Assembly (NCBI RefSeq): GCF_009914755.1
Contig: NC_060934.1
DNA: 64,000 nt
From: the human T2T-CHM13v2.0 reference genome, Homo sapiens
Strand: one strand, 5' to 3'
The translations under genes were made by a program, and so were the position numbers. The notes beneath the pieces are model-generated. The model was not told the DNA's origin and made no database searches. It was given only the letters and a program-made list of their open reading frames with translations. Position 1 is the first letter of the stretch. Each line of letters opens with the position of its first letter. Below are positions 32,645 to 49,994 of the stretch, one piece after another.

Positions 32645-33453
32645 CAATATTGTTTGGCTGTGTCCCCACCCACATCTCATCTTTAATTCCCACATGTTGT
32701 GGGAGGGTCCCTGGGGGGGAGGTAATTGAATCATGGGAGCAGGTCTTTCATGTGCTATTCTCATGCTAGTGAGTAAGTCTCACTAGATCTGATGGTTTGT
32801 TTTTGTTTTTGTTTTTTTATACTGTAAGTTTTAGGGTACATGTGCACAACGTGCAGGTTTGTTACATATGTATACATGTGCCATGTTGGTGTGCTGCACC
32901 CATTAACTTGTCATTTAGCATTAGGTATCTCTCCTAATGCTATCCCTCCCCCCTCCCCCCACCCCACAACAGTCCCTGGTGTGTGATGTTCCCCATCCTG
33001 TGTCCAAGTGTTCTCATTGTTCAATTCCCACCTATGAGTGAGAACATGCAGTGTTTGGTTTTTTGTCCTTGTGATAGTTTGCTGAGAATGATGGTTTCCA
33101 GCTTCATCCATGTCCCTACAAAGGACATGAACTCATCATTTTTTATGGCTGCATAGTATTCCATGGTGTATATGTGTCACATTTTCTTAATCCAGTCTAT
33201 CATTGTTGGACATTTGGGTTGGTTCCAAGTCTTTGCTGTTGTGAATAGTATCTGATGGTTTTATAAAGGGTAGTTTTCCTGCACAAGCCCTCTTCCCTTG
33301 TCTGCCACCCTGTGAGATATGCCTTTTACCTTCCACCATGATTGTGAGGCCTTTCCAGCCACGTGCGACTGTGAATACATTAAACTTCTTTCTTTTGTAA
33401 ATTGCTCAGTCTCGGGTACGTCTTTATCAGCAGCGTGAAAACTAACTAATACA
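32645..33453 (+). mobile_element. THE1 MaLR solo LTR, interrupted by L1
   Basis: tttggctgtgtccccaccc...cagcagcgtgaaaactaactaataca; 5-bp TSD AACTC (32640-32644, 33454-33458). Confidence 0.92.
32799..33249 (-). mobile_element. 5'-truncated L1PA 3' end
   Basis: agggtacatgtgcacaacgtgcaggtttgttacata...; TSD atctgatggttt (32787-32798, 33250-33261). Confidence 0.95.
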
Positions 33454-33604
33454 AACTCCCAACCTTCTCTTTGTTCTTCAGGCATACCCAAGAACACTCC
33501 ATCTGTGTGTATGCCCCAAATTGCAATTCTATGATTCCCAAATAAAACATTTCACTTACAGATTCATTTCTCTCTCTCTCTCTCTCATACGTATTTCACA
33601 TATA

Positions 33605-34463
<859 letters not shown>

Positions 34464-35572
34464 ATGCCCCCCTGTTTCTGTAGGTTGCCTCTTTTACTGC
34501 CTGTTGAGTCTCTCTTGGACTAAACTCTCTTTTTATTTTATTTTACTGAGCTTGATTTTATTTGGGAATTGGTTATGAGAGGTCTTTCCCTGTCCTGGTT
34601 ATGAGATCTCCTGTTTAGAAAGGGTTTTTTCCCCTCCTGGTTACAGGGACTTTTCCCCACTGGAGAAGAGTTATCATCTTTCTTGATAAGTATGTACTTT
34701 AGACTCCAATTCATTTGCACACTTAAGAGTTTAATTTGGCTTTTGTGTATTCGGCATTAAACCGAATCACCTAGATAAATTTATTTACAAATGGGCTCTC
34801 AAAGTTCAAAGGCATGCCAATATAGCTCCTAGCTCTGGGACCCCAGCTGGTAACATATACAAACATTATGGAGATTATTCAAAGAGTCTGTTTTTCTGAA
34901 AACTAAACTAAAAAAAAAAAAATGACACCTATAAAATCACACAGTCCAAATAGGACACATATCTCAATTGGTATCTGAAGGCTCCAAAACACATTCAGGA
35001 CTCAAAGACTGCCTGTGAGCTAGCTGAGACTTTCCAGTCCAAAGCCTTTCCCTTCCCTTCCTACACCTCCTCCTCTTTATCTTTCTCTAAGCTAAGCTCT
35101 CTTTTTCCAAAACTCCTCAGCTATTCTGTCATACTGACTATTTAAGTAAAGACACTTGGAAACCAGAAGATAACAAAGAAAATCATTTTGACCTTTGCGG
35201 TATTTATTAAAAGCAAAAGATTAAATTCCCATGTAAAAGACACTTCCTCTGTACTAAAAGGAAAGGCAAACTCTCATCTTTGAGGAAAAGGGATTAAGAC
35301 CAAGAGAATATTGCACAGACCTTGTTAGAATAACTCTTACCTTTTGAGCCTCTTCACATAATTCAGTCACATTTTCAGAGTTAACAATTCTTTTTCAATC
35401 CAGTGTGTTGGTCACTGACTCAGACTGCTTTACCCAAAATGTGCTTCACAGCCTCCATAAGATGACATATTATGGCAAATAAAAAACACAAACCACCTTC
35501 CAAACTACAGCTTTTTACAGTTTTACAGTTTCTACTTAATTTCAAGTTGAAAATGCTATCTTCTTCATTTAA

Positions 35573-36022
<450 letters not shown>

Positions 36023-36644
36023 TAACTTTTTAAGAAACTGCCAAACTCTTTTCCAAAGTAGCTGCACTTGGACCTCCATGAATGTCTGATTTGGTGCCAG
36101 CAATCTCTAAGCTTCATCTCCCCACCGTGTCTGTCGCCTCCTGCACAATCCTAACAAGGCTCACTTTACCCCCACTTCCCACGTGTCAATTTAGAGACTC
36201 CCAGGCCAACGGCATGTGAAGAAGAGGAATCACTACAAGGCATGCTGAGGCTATCTCCCAGGAGGAAATGGCTCATTAGAAATCATTAGAGCAATAAAAT
36301 ATCTATGCAGCTGTTCCTACAAAGTTCATGAACACAAATGGAGGTATTTTCAATTGTACAACAAAGATTCAACACTCCCTAGAACTATGTGGATCTTCCA
36401 ACGAGGAAAGGAAGATCTTAAATAAACTCCCAGTGCCAACAATCTTAAATCAGATGCCAGCTCTGGCTTCACTCCATTACAGCAATTTGAATGGGGTATA
36501 ACTATGGGATTCAGGATGACAGTGCCTACGGCTTTCATAATCATAAGCAATAGGAAATTACTCCACAACTCCTGGAGGCAAAGGGATACTGATTTTTAGT
36601 CAGTTTTGTAATAGTTTCTCAACTCAATAGTTTCTCAAATGTAT

Positions 36645-36941
36645 TTTTTTTTTTTTTTTTGAGACAGAGTCTCACTCTGTCACTCAGGCTGGAGTGCAGT
36701 GGCATGATCTCAGCTCACTGCAACTCCGCCTCCCGGGCTCAAGCAATTCTCCTGCCTCAGCCTCCCAAGTAGCTGGGATTACAGGCGCCCGCCACCATAC
36801 CCTGCTAATTTTTGTATTTTTAGTAGAGACGAGGTTTCACTATGTTGGCCAGGATGGTCTCGAACTCCTGACCTCAAGTGATTCACCTGCCCCGGCCTCC
36901 CAAAGTGCTGGGATTACAGGTGTGAGCCACCGCACCCAGCC
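36645..36941 (-). mobile_element. AluS
   Basis: Reverse Alu, TSD tcaaatgta. Confidence 0.95.
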
Positions 36942-37244
36942 TCAAATGTAATTTGTAATAGTTTCTCAAATGTTAAACTTTGCCTCAAGGTCTTAGGGCT
37001 ATCCATACATTCATAAGGAGTAGACAAAACTCCTGTGCACTACACCGGCTATGCACTCTCCGTGTTCTAAAACTTCTTATCCTCCTCTAACCCTACCCCA
37101 GGACTTCCTGCCTATGTGAGTAATAAACCTTTCTGTGATCCCGCTAAAGAACCACTGTCAGGAGCTTCGGCAGTAGAAGCTAACCTTGGGAGGAAGCCTT
37201 CTCCATGTCACGGTGGCATTGCTACAAAAGTCATTATAAAAGAC

Positions 37245-38110
<866 letters not shown>

Positions 38111-38302
38111 ATCCTCGCTCCACCATCTGGAAGTCCCACCCTCTAAATTTGTTAATTAATTTAATTAAGTTTCATTTGAAAGAATCTGTCAAACTCAATA
38201 AAATTACATTTATTAAAAAGACTTATCTGAAAGTTCCACATTTGAAATTGGCCCTAAACACAAGCTCTAATTTTTATTGTTTTTATAGTAAAGACGATAT
38301 AA

Positions 38303-38602
<300 letters not shown>

Positions 38603-41600
38603 AAAACAATCTTTTAAAATGTTATATGTGTCTCATTCTGCCAAAACACACTCTTAAGGAAAATGGAAGAAACCTTATACAGTGGGCAATGTTTGGTAAA
38701 TGCAATATTTTCCAGGTTGTTACAGCTTTTTCCAAGAAACCAGCCCAAGAAACCAATATTACTACTCACATATGTGAGTAGTGATATACGACAAAATCAA
38801 AAAATTTATGTGAACACTTTTTAGCTTAGAATGTGCCATTTTTCTTCAAAAGGATTGTCTAGCAGCAGCCCAGAATAAACCTGAGTAACACTAATTTCTG
38901 CCTTGGAGATGCATTTTTTAAAATCATTATTTTTCTAAAGTTACATTTCTATACAAAGTTTCCATTGATCTGTAGCTTTTCAAAGAGTGTTCAAAATCCT
39001 ACAGAAGCGAGTGCTAGCATTGACTGAAGAGATATGTGATCATTAATCTCCAAATTATTTATTTGAAAAAATTCTCCTAAGTACAAATATCATAAGACTT
39101 TATACCAGCTTATTATTCAAATTCTTTGTTAATATACAGTCTGCCTTTAAGAAATAATTATAGATATGGGTTTTCAACTCTGCAGGTTTAAATCATCCTC
39201 TTCCAATTAGAAAATGTTATTTTATATGCTTACACATAAGCACACAACTATAAACTCAGGCTATTTTGTCACGTAAATCTCACTGTCTATCCATCCTGTA
39301 ATACAACATGGTAAAGTGCACCTCCAAAAACCTAGACAAGGCAACAAAACTCAAATCCCAAAAAGCTGCTGTTCTAGATTATAAATGGGGTCAGTGGTGA
39401 AAAAGATAGACAAGGCTTCGACTTCCCAGAACTACAATCTATTGCATGTATAATGTTCCCTAGATATAGGAAGCGTAAATACTTTGGTATACCCAAAGTG
39501 AACATGGTGTGTTGGATGGACTCCCAGCTCAAAAACACAAAAATATGCCCACAACTTAATGTGCAAACAGTAAAGCAACATTGGCAAATATAAATATGTA
39601 GGATATAGGTGTCCTCCTGAAATAGCAAAGTACCAACAATATTATAAAATACGTATTATAGACTTAGAAGATACCTGGCAAACACCAGGTTTTGGAATCA
39701 CACATTTATTTTATAGAGTTAGGAAATAAGGGGATATAATCTCAAAAAAAGAATATATGGAATCCAAATGCAGCTTCTAAAGACAGCATTCCAACAGAGG
39801 TTCCAGCAACCAGTGAGAGACTTTAATCATTTGCAAAATTAATGGTCTCTTTACAACCTCAATTTCTGGGAATGCTGCATTTAAAAATTATACGGTAGAG
39901 AATTTCGGTGTATTTTACAATAACAACAATAACTAGCAAGATAACAAAAATTGTTTTACAATAACTGCAAAAGCACAGGTTGTGCCCTATAAAATTATCT
40001 TTAGAAATAATTATGCCCATGGATATGAATGTTCCCCAGAATTAATGACTGATTATCTACAGCATGTACAAATCATTCTTAGTACTTGGTGAAAAATCAT
40101 AATAAATTTGTTTAAATCTGAGGACATAGAAAAGATGGGCTTTGCTGCCCTGGACAAGCTAAACTCCTAAGTGTATGTAGATAAATGTACTACAGCAATG
40201 ATCATCTTCCTAATGGCAAAGGAAGCTATAAAACAAGGCATCGGGGAAGAAAAGAGCACCTTTCTCATGTTTACCAAACCATCCGTGGCTTTTTAAAGGG
40301 CTTCTCTTTTTGCCCTGCAAATGAGAGATTACAGAACCCTCGCACCCTTAGATCACAGAACAGCTGAAGACTACTGACTCTAAAAGGAATCGCTGCACCT
40401 TGCAAAAGAGGGGATATATTTCTTTCCTTTTCTTCCTTTCATATCCCTTCTGCTGTAACCAAGCCTCTGGTCTCGTTATTTCCAGCGTTAGCACCTAATA
40501 GGCCAAAATGTCTGTGTTTCTCTATAACCACCCCTCCAAAGATATCCTTCCTGCCTCCCCTGGGCAGTCAGGTTTTTTTTCTTCTTTCACATTTATGCTA
40601 ATGCCTGTTGCCTTAAAGGAAATGTCTAATAAGGAGACACTGAATTAATACACAAGACCAGACAACGCTACCCAACTAAGGAAGTCTTGATTTTTGTTGC
40701 AGGGAAACCACCTTTGCTTTGACATATGTGTGTAAACGGTATTGTCTGTCGAACGTTGCCTCGTGAGTCATAAAAAGAAACATCCCAGCCTCTTTGTTAA
40801 GAGAAGTGCTGTCAAGTAAGTAGTAGAGTTATATGAGTGAGACAGAAAATAAAATTCCACCTCCAACAACCTCTGAAATGGGAGGTGGGTCATTCAGACA
40901 CCATTTCTTCATGAACTGCTGCCCTGTTCCTCTACCCAGTCCACAGAGGAAAGGCAATAGCAGGGCATTTCCTTGTGTCCTTCAAGCTCTCCCTGGCTCT
41001 CCTGTGCACGTGAAAAGACACCCACAGAAGCTCAGGGGTGACTGCAGCCCATACTCTGTAGCCCTCTACCTGGGCCAGCTGCCCCGGACAATTGCACCTG
41101 ATAGCTTTTCCAGAGCAGAGCAGCCAGAGAGGTGACAAAGAATGAAAGCACTGAAAAATGTCAACCTGGGAAGCAAATGTGAAACCCATTTCCAAACAGG
41201 GAAGGCAAGGAGAAAAGCAAGTCACATCAGAACAGAGATGGGGGAGAAACCCCTCTGAGTCTTAAAAGAGAAGGGTTGCAATTAAGATGGAATTAGGAAG
41301 TAGAAAAAGAAGCAGAATGCAAGATTTAAGCCCATTTCAAAGCTTTTCAGAAACCAGACTCAAGGCAGCTTTAAAGCATTCTGAATTTTTAAAATCAGAA
41401 CACATATTCGTATCATTACTTCAAAAAGCAAAGACACAACAGTGAAAAACCTTTTATTGCTCTTGGAAGTAAAATCTAATAGCCTTCATCTATTTGGAGC
41501 ATGAGGTGGAAAGGAAAGTGGTAAAAGGGTAAAAATCAAGTGTTCTAGAGTTAGGGTTAGTTTTCTTTTTTCAAGCTCTAGTTCACACTCATCTTGAATT

Positions 41601-43217
41601 TTCTGAAGCCTGTAGTTATGATCCCATTGTGAACATATACAACAAAAAATGTCAAATAAAACATTATTACAACTTTCAATATAAGACAGCAGAGAGTAAA
41701 CAGTGCCTGATTTTCTCTCTTCCAGACTATTTACATTCTTACGAACAGACACAAGTCTACACAAAATGACAAGCGCACATTTCGGTGGCAACAGATCAGC
41801 TGCTTCAGAAATTTATCTGGCTTGGGGAAGAGATATTATTAACAAAAGCAAATATGGAACCACTCTGAGGAATTACCAGCAGCTGATGTAAATTTTCACC
41901 TCAGAAACAGACCAGGTCCAGGGAGAAAAAAACTAGAGAGGTTTTGATTCTCCTCCCACCGTCTGCCTTTCTTTTCCAAAGAATAGAGAGCCTGCCCCAA
42001 CTGGAAAATCAGGTAGCTTCTCCCACACAGGAAGGGATCTGCTGCCTGAGGCAGAAAGGGCTGCTTGGGTGCCTCTGTCCCCAGTGCCCCTTCATTTCTG
42101 TCTTCCTACATCCTCTTGAGATTACATGTTGATTACATTATATTCTATTGTATCGTACTACATAATACAGCAACACTGAAAGAATGAAAGGAAACGGGAA
42201 AGGGAGTGAATTGGCCTTTGCACCCTGAGGATAGGAAGAGGGTGGTGGATACTGGGACAGCCTGGTGGACCCAGCCCTCCCAGGGTTATTAGATGACATT
42301 TGTCACGTACCATTCCTGGCAGCAGCGGCAGGTCAGGGTGACCAGGATCACCTAGGAATGCATGTACTTCTGACAGTCATGAAACCAAGGCATGAGAGCA
42401 AGAGATAGTTTTGGGGTCTGGTATCCAAAAATTCAAATTAGTAAATTTCATGTTATGTGTATTTTATCACAATTAAAAAAAAAAACTCAAACTTTAAACA
42501 TTCAGAGATTTGTTTAAGGGGTATATGGCTCTGGTATCCATAATGCTGTAAAAAGGGAAATCTTTTAGTCCCTGAGGTGGACAGCAGCAAGTCCTAAGTC
42601 CTCCAATCTGATAAGCATAGTGGGACAGAGGACTCCTCACTTGAGGACATCTAGGTCGAAAACAAACAAAAAAAATCACAAAACTTATGAAAATATTCTA
42701 TAATGTAGGAGGAGGCTATTGCTCTTAAAATGCAGAGAAAAATCATACTTTTGAAAAACAGTTAACTACAAGAAACAGGAAATCTTTAGAAAACATTCCC
42801 TTGGTGGACTCAATGAAATATAAGAAAACACAAAATAACAAATGGAAAGTGAGATGTAAAAGGCTACTTAAATGCTTTCTGAGATGTAAACTGATACAGT
42901 AAGGTTCAGGCTGAGAGAAGAAAATAATTGTAAAGAATAAAAATGTAACCAATTTACTGTTTTTGATAGAGCACAACAGAGAAGTGACACTTCGGAAAAG
43001 TAATTCAGTAACATGGAAGACAAATTTGAGAAGCCATCCCAGAAAGCAGAGGAAAAAGACAAAGCCAAAATCTGAAAGAGAAATAAAGTTATTAACTTGG
43101 GGAGGGGATGGTGAAGAAAAGGCAGAATAAGAACTATGCGAGACAGAAAACAAAGATTCACTTCACAAAATAGAGGAAAAATGTCTACAAAGCTTTAAGA
43201 ATAAAAAGAAAAAAAGG

Positions 43218-43490
43218 GCTGGGAGCGGTGGCTCATGCCTGTAATCCTAACACTTTGGGAGGCTGCAGCAGGTGAATCACCTGAGGTCAGGAGTTCAAGA
43301 CTGGCCTGGTGTCTACCAAAAAAAAAAAAAATTAGCTGAGCGTGGTGGCAGATGCTGCCTGTATTCCCAGCTACTTGGGAGGCTGAGGCAGGAGAATTGC
43401 TAGAACCCTGGGGGCAGAGGTTGCAGTGAGCCAAGATAGCGCCATTACCGACTCTGTCTCAAAAAAAAAAAAAAAAAGAAAAAGAGAAAA
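43218..43490 (+). mobile_element. AluS with internal deletions
   Basis: Alu lacking parts of the left-arm 3' end and right-arm 3' end. Confidence 0.88.
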
Positions 43491-43545
43491 AATAATAAAG
43501 CTGTGATCAAATAACAGAATCCATGTATGAAAAATAAGAATTGTG

Positions 43546-43860
<315 letters not shown>

Positions 43861-44259
43861 AGAATTATGTCCTTAAAATACAAGGAAAGCTTTCATGAAC
43901 TACCAAAAAAAAAAGTGCCCTCAAATATCTAAAGTTTCATGACTATAATCCATATTCCAATGCTAAAAATATTAGACTTATGCAAATAAATACCAAGCTT
44001 ATGACCAAGAAAGAAATAAAGAACAAAGAACTGAAGAAATGAGGAGGGGATCATTTAAAATGATAAATTCCAAGCAATGAAAAGATAATCTAAATAGTAC
44101 TAGGTTGTTAAGCAATAACTCAATTCAAATCAAAAAATAATTTTCATAGGAAAAAGTGTATAATAAAATAATAATTACTAACTAAAAAGTCCACCCCTTT
44201 GCCACATGACCCCAAAAACTATGTAGATTAATTTAACTAATATTAAAATTTAAAAAAAA

Positions 44260-44536
44260 TTTTTTTTTGAGATAGAGTCTCACTCTGTTGTCCAGGATAG
44301 AGTGCAGTGGAGCGATCTTGGTGAGATCATGTTCAAGTGATTCTCGTGCCTCAACCTCCTGAGTAGCTGGCATTACAGACACCCGCCACCACATCTGGCT
44401 AATTTTTGTATTTTTAGTAGAGACAAGAGTTTGACCATGTTGGCTGGGCTGGTCTCAAACTCCTGACCTCAAGTGATCTGCCTGCCTTGGCCTCCCAAAG
44501 TGCTGGGATTATAGGTGTGAGCCACTGTGCCTGGCC
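44260..44536 (-). mobile_element. AluS
   Basis: Reverse Alu with small deletion. Confidence 0.9.
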
Positions 44537-44964
44537 TAGTTTGAGGATTTCTAATTAGCCTTACCAATTAGCAAGTAGAGGCCAAAGTCCTTCTGCAGAG
44601 GAAAAGGACCACAGGAAAGGGAGAGAAAGGCCATTAAGATAAATAGCAGGCGAACCTCTATAGGAAAACAGAGACATGAAGGTGAGGTCCCCCGTCTCTG
44701 GTAAACTCATGGTTCAATCATCACAGATGGGCCAATGAAACAGACACCAACTAACCAGGACATTCAAAGAATAACAGCAGTTGCTGTCCAGGACGTCACG
44801 GCCAGCCACACAATCCCAAATCATCACCACAGATGTTTAAAGCCAAAGTGGACAGCTGCCACCAAAAGGTGCCAAATCATAGCCAAGACATGGATGTTCC
44901 CATGGAACTCCAAATTAGCTAGTTACACAAGCTTGTGCGGGCCGTTTCATTAATCTCCCAATAA

Positions 44965-45356
<392 letters not shown>

Positions 45357-46875
45357 GCAGGGTTTTATTGAGCTTCTTTCATAATCAAAATGAAATTAAT
45401 ATTATTTAAGAAAATAATATTTTAGAATAAAATATTCAAAGTCTTCACCTAAATGACTCTGAAGATAAACAAAAAGTTCTAAAATGTAATTATAAACAGT
45501 TTAGAATGTATTTTTAAAAATCTAAACATATATAGAAACTGAAGAAATGAGTCCAAAGCTGCATTCAATGGAAAATTCATAGTATTAAATATTTTTGTTA
45601 CAAAAAAGAGGAAAAATAACATAAATAAATCAAGTATTCATTTCAAGATATTAAGTTGAAAAAATAGAATATTTTAAAAGATAAAAGTACCACAAAGGAA
45701 ATAGAACATGAAAATATATATAAATTGAGAAATAAATCCAAGAGCTGGTTATTTAAAGAACAAGAAAGCCAATGAAAAACTTTGACAAAGCTTATTAGCA
45801 AGAGAAAGGATCCATTGTAATGGGGTGATATTTTGAAAACTACTAGTTTATTTTCTCTTTTGTCTTTCTGAGTATATGACCTTACCCTAGACCACTTGAA
45901 ACATCTTTGCAGGGAGGAAGAAGAGATTAAGACTTTTTCCTGAAAGAATGCAAAAAGAGAAGATAAGGTAATAATCCACTTTAGACAAGTAAAATAGAAT
46001 TTTCTGCAGCCTCAAGAGAATATATTCCAAATTCTTTTCATTCTCCCACTTTAGCACATTAACCATCTTACCTGGAAGACACAGCTCCTTGAATTTCCCC
46101 AATCCTTTGCCTCTAGTCCCCACAATTTATCATTAAGGCTTGAGCTTGAGTTAGACTTGGAGGTTTGCATCAGGGCAAATAGAATATGAAACAGGGAAGC
46201 CTGCAAATTTCTGGAACTGAGTCAGTAGGAGCAGAAGAGCAAAAAAGAAAGAGGAAAGTTTTGGCTCAGAGAGGGAGAAAGATGGGGGCAATAAAAAGCT
46301 AGTGACAAGAGTAATAACAAGGACAAAAAAGCTTTGCTTCCTCCTCCAATCAGGATTTTGAAATAGATCACTTCTTGGGCAGCACTCCATCCTGAGATAA
46401 CTAAGAGTAGGGTCACATCTACTTGCTGGAGCAAGTAGAGGGAGGCCATGATATTTAGTTTTCTGAACCAATTTTGGTTTTTATATGTTTAGATGAGGCC
46501 CAGAAATAGGTGAGAGGTGGCTGTGGAGCTAGCTAGCAACAGCTGAGTGAGTAGCATCATAGCAAATGTCGCAGAGAGACAACCCAAGATAGGATCAGAA
46601 GAGAATCTTTGCTAGATCCCTGAAAGGTAACATCAGTAGGATCTGAGGTGAGGACAAGACTAGCCAGGAGCAACAGCAGGTGCAACACCTGAGGGAAAAG
46701 AAAGAGCCACAAGCTGCAGATCTTATCGTTGGCTCTCAACAGAGTGCCTGGACACCGGATGGAAAAGGATCAACATCACCCTGTAGATTAGAAGGAAAAG
46801 ATACCATAATCATGAGTTTCAACTCTTGACCGCTGCATCACCTAAGGCCCCCTCCCTAATATACCTGAATGTCAT

Positions 46876-47177
46876 CTTTTTCTTTTTTTCTTTTGAGACA
46901 GAGCCTTGGCCTGCCACCCAGGCTGGAGTGCAGTGTCATGATCTTGGCTCACTGCAACCTCCCCTTCGTTGGTTCAAGCGATTCTCACCTCTCAGCCTCC
47001 TGAGTAGCTGGGACTACAGGTGCACACACTCACACCCAGCTAATTTTTGTATCCTCTAGTAGAGACAAGGTTTCATCATGTTGGTCAGGCTAGTCTCGAA
47101 CTCCTGACTTCAAGTGATCCACTCACCTCTGCCTCCCAAAGTGCTGGGATTACAGGCTTGAGCCTCCGTGCTCGGCC
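46876..47177 (-). mobile_element. AluS
   Basis: Reverse Alu. Confidence 0.93.
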
Positions 47178-47319
47178 TACTTGGATAGCATCTTAAAGTG
47201 AGATGAGATGGTAGGAGCAATCCGAGAGCCTGGGCATTTTTCCTCAGAAAGAACAAATATTGCCAGAAAGAGTCTCTTCAATTGTCACCTCTAAGCTTTT
47301 GCCTGGATTGAATATTTGA

Positions 47320-47351
47320 ACACACACACACACACAGACACACACACACAC
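47320..47351 (+). repeat. (AC)n microsatellite with one interruption
   Basis: Direct observation. Confidence 0.9.
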
Positions 47352-47579
47352 CATCTTTCCCAGCACCTATGGCAGGCAACACAGTGGGAGATTAAACGTG
47401 TGGGATTCTGGATTCTCCTGGCCTGGGTTTCACTCCAGGCTCCACAATGTGTTAACTCTGTGACTGTGGGCAATTTACTTCATCTTGTTGCTTCGATTTG
47501 CCCCTCTGTAAAAATTAGAATAACAATAGTTTGTCTTAGTATTTCTTAAGGATTCAATGAATTAAATGTAAAGTGCTTA

Positions 47580-48024
47580 TTCCCAACAGCAAAGTCATGG
47601 AATCAACCTAAGTGTCCCTCAGTAGAGGACTGGATAAAGAAAATGTGGCATATATGTACCACATACTAGAACTCAGCCATAAAAAAAGAAGGATTTAATG
47701 TCTTTTACAGCAACAGGAAGGGAACTGGAGGCCATTCTCTTACATGAAATAACTCAGAAAGTCAAATACCACATGTTCTCATAAATAGGAGCTAAATAAT
47801 GTGTACATATAGACACAGATTGTGGAATAATAAACACTGGAGACACAGAAAGGTGGGAGAGTGAGAGTGAGGGGAGAGCTGAGAAATTATCCATTGGGTA
47901 CAATGAGTACACCCTATTTGGGTGACGGTTGCACTAAAATGCCGACTTCACCACTAGGCAATATATCCATGTAACAAAAATGCACTTTACCCCCTAAACC
48001 TATTTTGAAAAATTTTTAAATTAA
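47580..48024 (+). mobile_element. L1PB-type 3' end inserted into a MIR (~47395-48090)
   Basis: atggaatcaacctaagtgtccc...ggaactggaggccatt...aatatatccatgtaacaaaa; TSD aaatgt(a/c)aagtgctta. Confidence 0.88.
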
Positions 48025-48859
48025 AAATGTCAAGTGCTTAGATCAGTGTCTGGCCCATAAGAAGAGTTCATTAACTGTTGGCTCTCCTTATTCCTACCAG
48101 CATTATTACCATGAGGCTCATGTGGGAAGATCAGACCAGCTCCAGAAAAATGAAGAAATTACAATTTCTCTATACAACCAAGTAGTATGGTGGATTAAAA
48201 CTTGCACCCCTGCTCCATAAATAACCAAAATCATAAATGATAAAGGGGACATAAAATAAATCAAAACATAAAGAGGCTTTTACAAACACAGAATGGTATA
48301 AATTTTAGAAAGCTTAATAAAATGGGCCATATTCAGAATTATGAGTTACCTATATTAGCCCAAGAAGTATGCCAAGTAGAAAAGAAGTATGTCAAAAGAA
48401 AGTGAAAAATTCATCAAAGATTACCTCTAAAAACGACCTGAGATCAAACCATTTAATGAGTACATTCTTTCCAACTTTCCCCAAGGGTCAACCCTCGAAT
48501 GTGTAATAGCCACAGGACTCGGGAAAAGATGGAATGCTTCTCAGCTCATCAAGAAAGCTAGGCTACCTATAGTACACCAACCTGAATAGAATAAAACTAT
48601 AGGACACTATTTTTCTCAAAAGCTTTTGTTACTCCAGGAGGTCCTAGTGCCTCTAATATGCTGTGAAATTCCAATGAGGGGGTGGCAGGCAGTGGTGTTC
48701 CTCAATTCAGGGTTTATCCAGCCACTTCCAGACCCTTCTTAGAGCCGTGCTAGAGCTTCCTGGAGTTACACCATCAGAAGATTAAGGTGGATCCAAGAGC
48801 CAAGAATATAGAGAAGCATACGCAGAAGAAAAGGGATTTGCAAGAGATAAAAAGAGGAA

Positions 48860-49480
48860 AAGAGACCGTATAGCAGATTGCAATCATAATAGCAATGCTA
48901 AGGCAGGAAGCAGTACATTCTGCTTGTGAAAATGTAAATTGATTCAGCCCTTCGAGGAAGCAACTGACAATGTGACTTAGAATCTAAAGAGTACATACTC
49001 TTTGACTTACTAATCTCAACTCCTGTCTGTCCATCTTGGGTAATTAATTTGAAATGAAGATAAAGATTTACATACAAGGATGCATTTCATAGAATTACTG
49101 ATGGCAAACAAAATAAAACAGAAACAAGAAGCAACCTAAATGTCTGAAAATGGAAACTATTAAATAGATTATGGCATGTTCAGATAATAAGTTATGCAAC
49201 AATCCAAAGCAATGTTTTTGTGGGGGGAGGGGAATGTAATGACAGGTATAGGTCTAGGATTTTTAGAAAAAAGGCAGAACATAAACTGCAATGTATAATC
49301 TAAGTTATATTTTTGAAATATATGTATATAGAAAAGACTACTGGAAGAAATATAGACCAAAACCACCCTGAATATGGTCTCTGAGAGGTAAGGACTCTGA
49401 ATGAATAACATTTTCTTTTATACAGTTCTATTTTCTAACTTTCTGCACAAAGCTGTATTACTTTTACAATCTGAAAAAAA
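48860..49480 (+). mobile_element. Old L1ME-type 3' fragment (related pieces likely at ~42700-43190, 45400-45830, 48100-48600)
   Basis: gaaaatgtaaattgattcagcc...caaggatgcatttcatag...gaagcaacctaaatgtc...tattacttttacaatc. Confidence 0.65.
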
Positions 49481-49994
49481 AACAATTACTGCCTATGAAT
49501 AAAAACACATGTGAATGATAAGAAAAAAAATTTAAGCCTCCAGTCACTAAGGACAAAATCATTCCTAGCACGCAAAACAAACCTGAATCTTAACACCGGT
49601 GCCCTTTAAAGCATAGAAAAGAAAAAGCAAACCAACCAAATCCCTCCATAAAGACAGGCTGAGCTGCTTCTCTCCAAAGGTGGCGGGGTCGGGGGCGGGG
49701 GTGCTTTCAACACACCATTGTCGAGAGGAAAACTCAGCACCCGTTTTTCAAATGCAGCTGCTGGAGGATCCCCCTTGATTCAAAGACCATTCACATCGAG
49801 GCTTAGAGGGTTGAGGGAGTGTGAAGGGTGCCCCCCCCCAACCCCGCGCCCTCTTCAAACACACGCACACTCTTACACTCACTCGCGCCGTCCCAGCCTG
49901 CCTACTCCCAACGAGTCCAAGCCGGTGCAGCCGCGCCCCATGCCCGGCTCGCAGCTCCCGAGCCCCAGTCCGCCCGCGCTGGGCGCCGCTGTAC

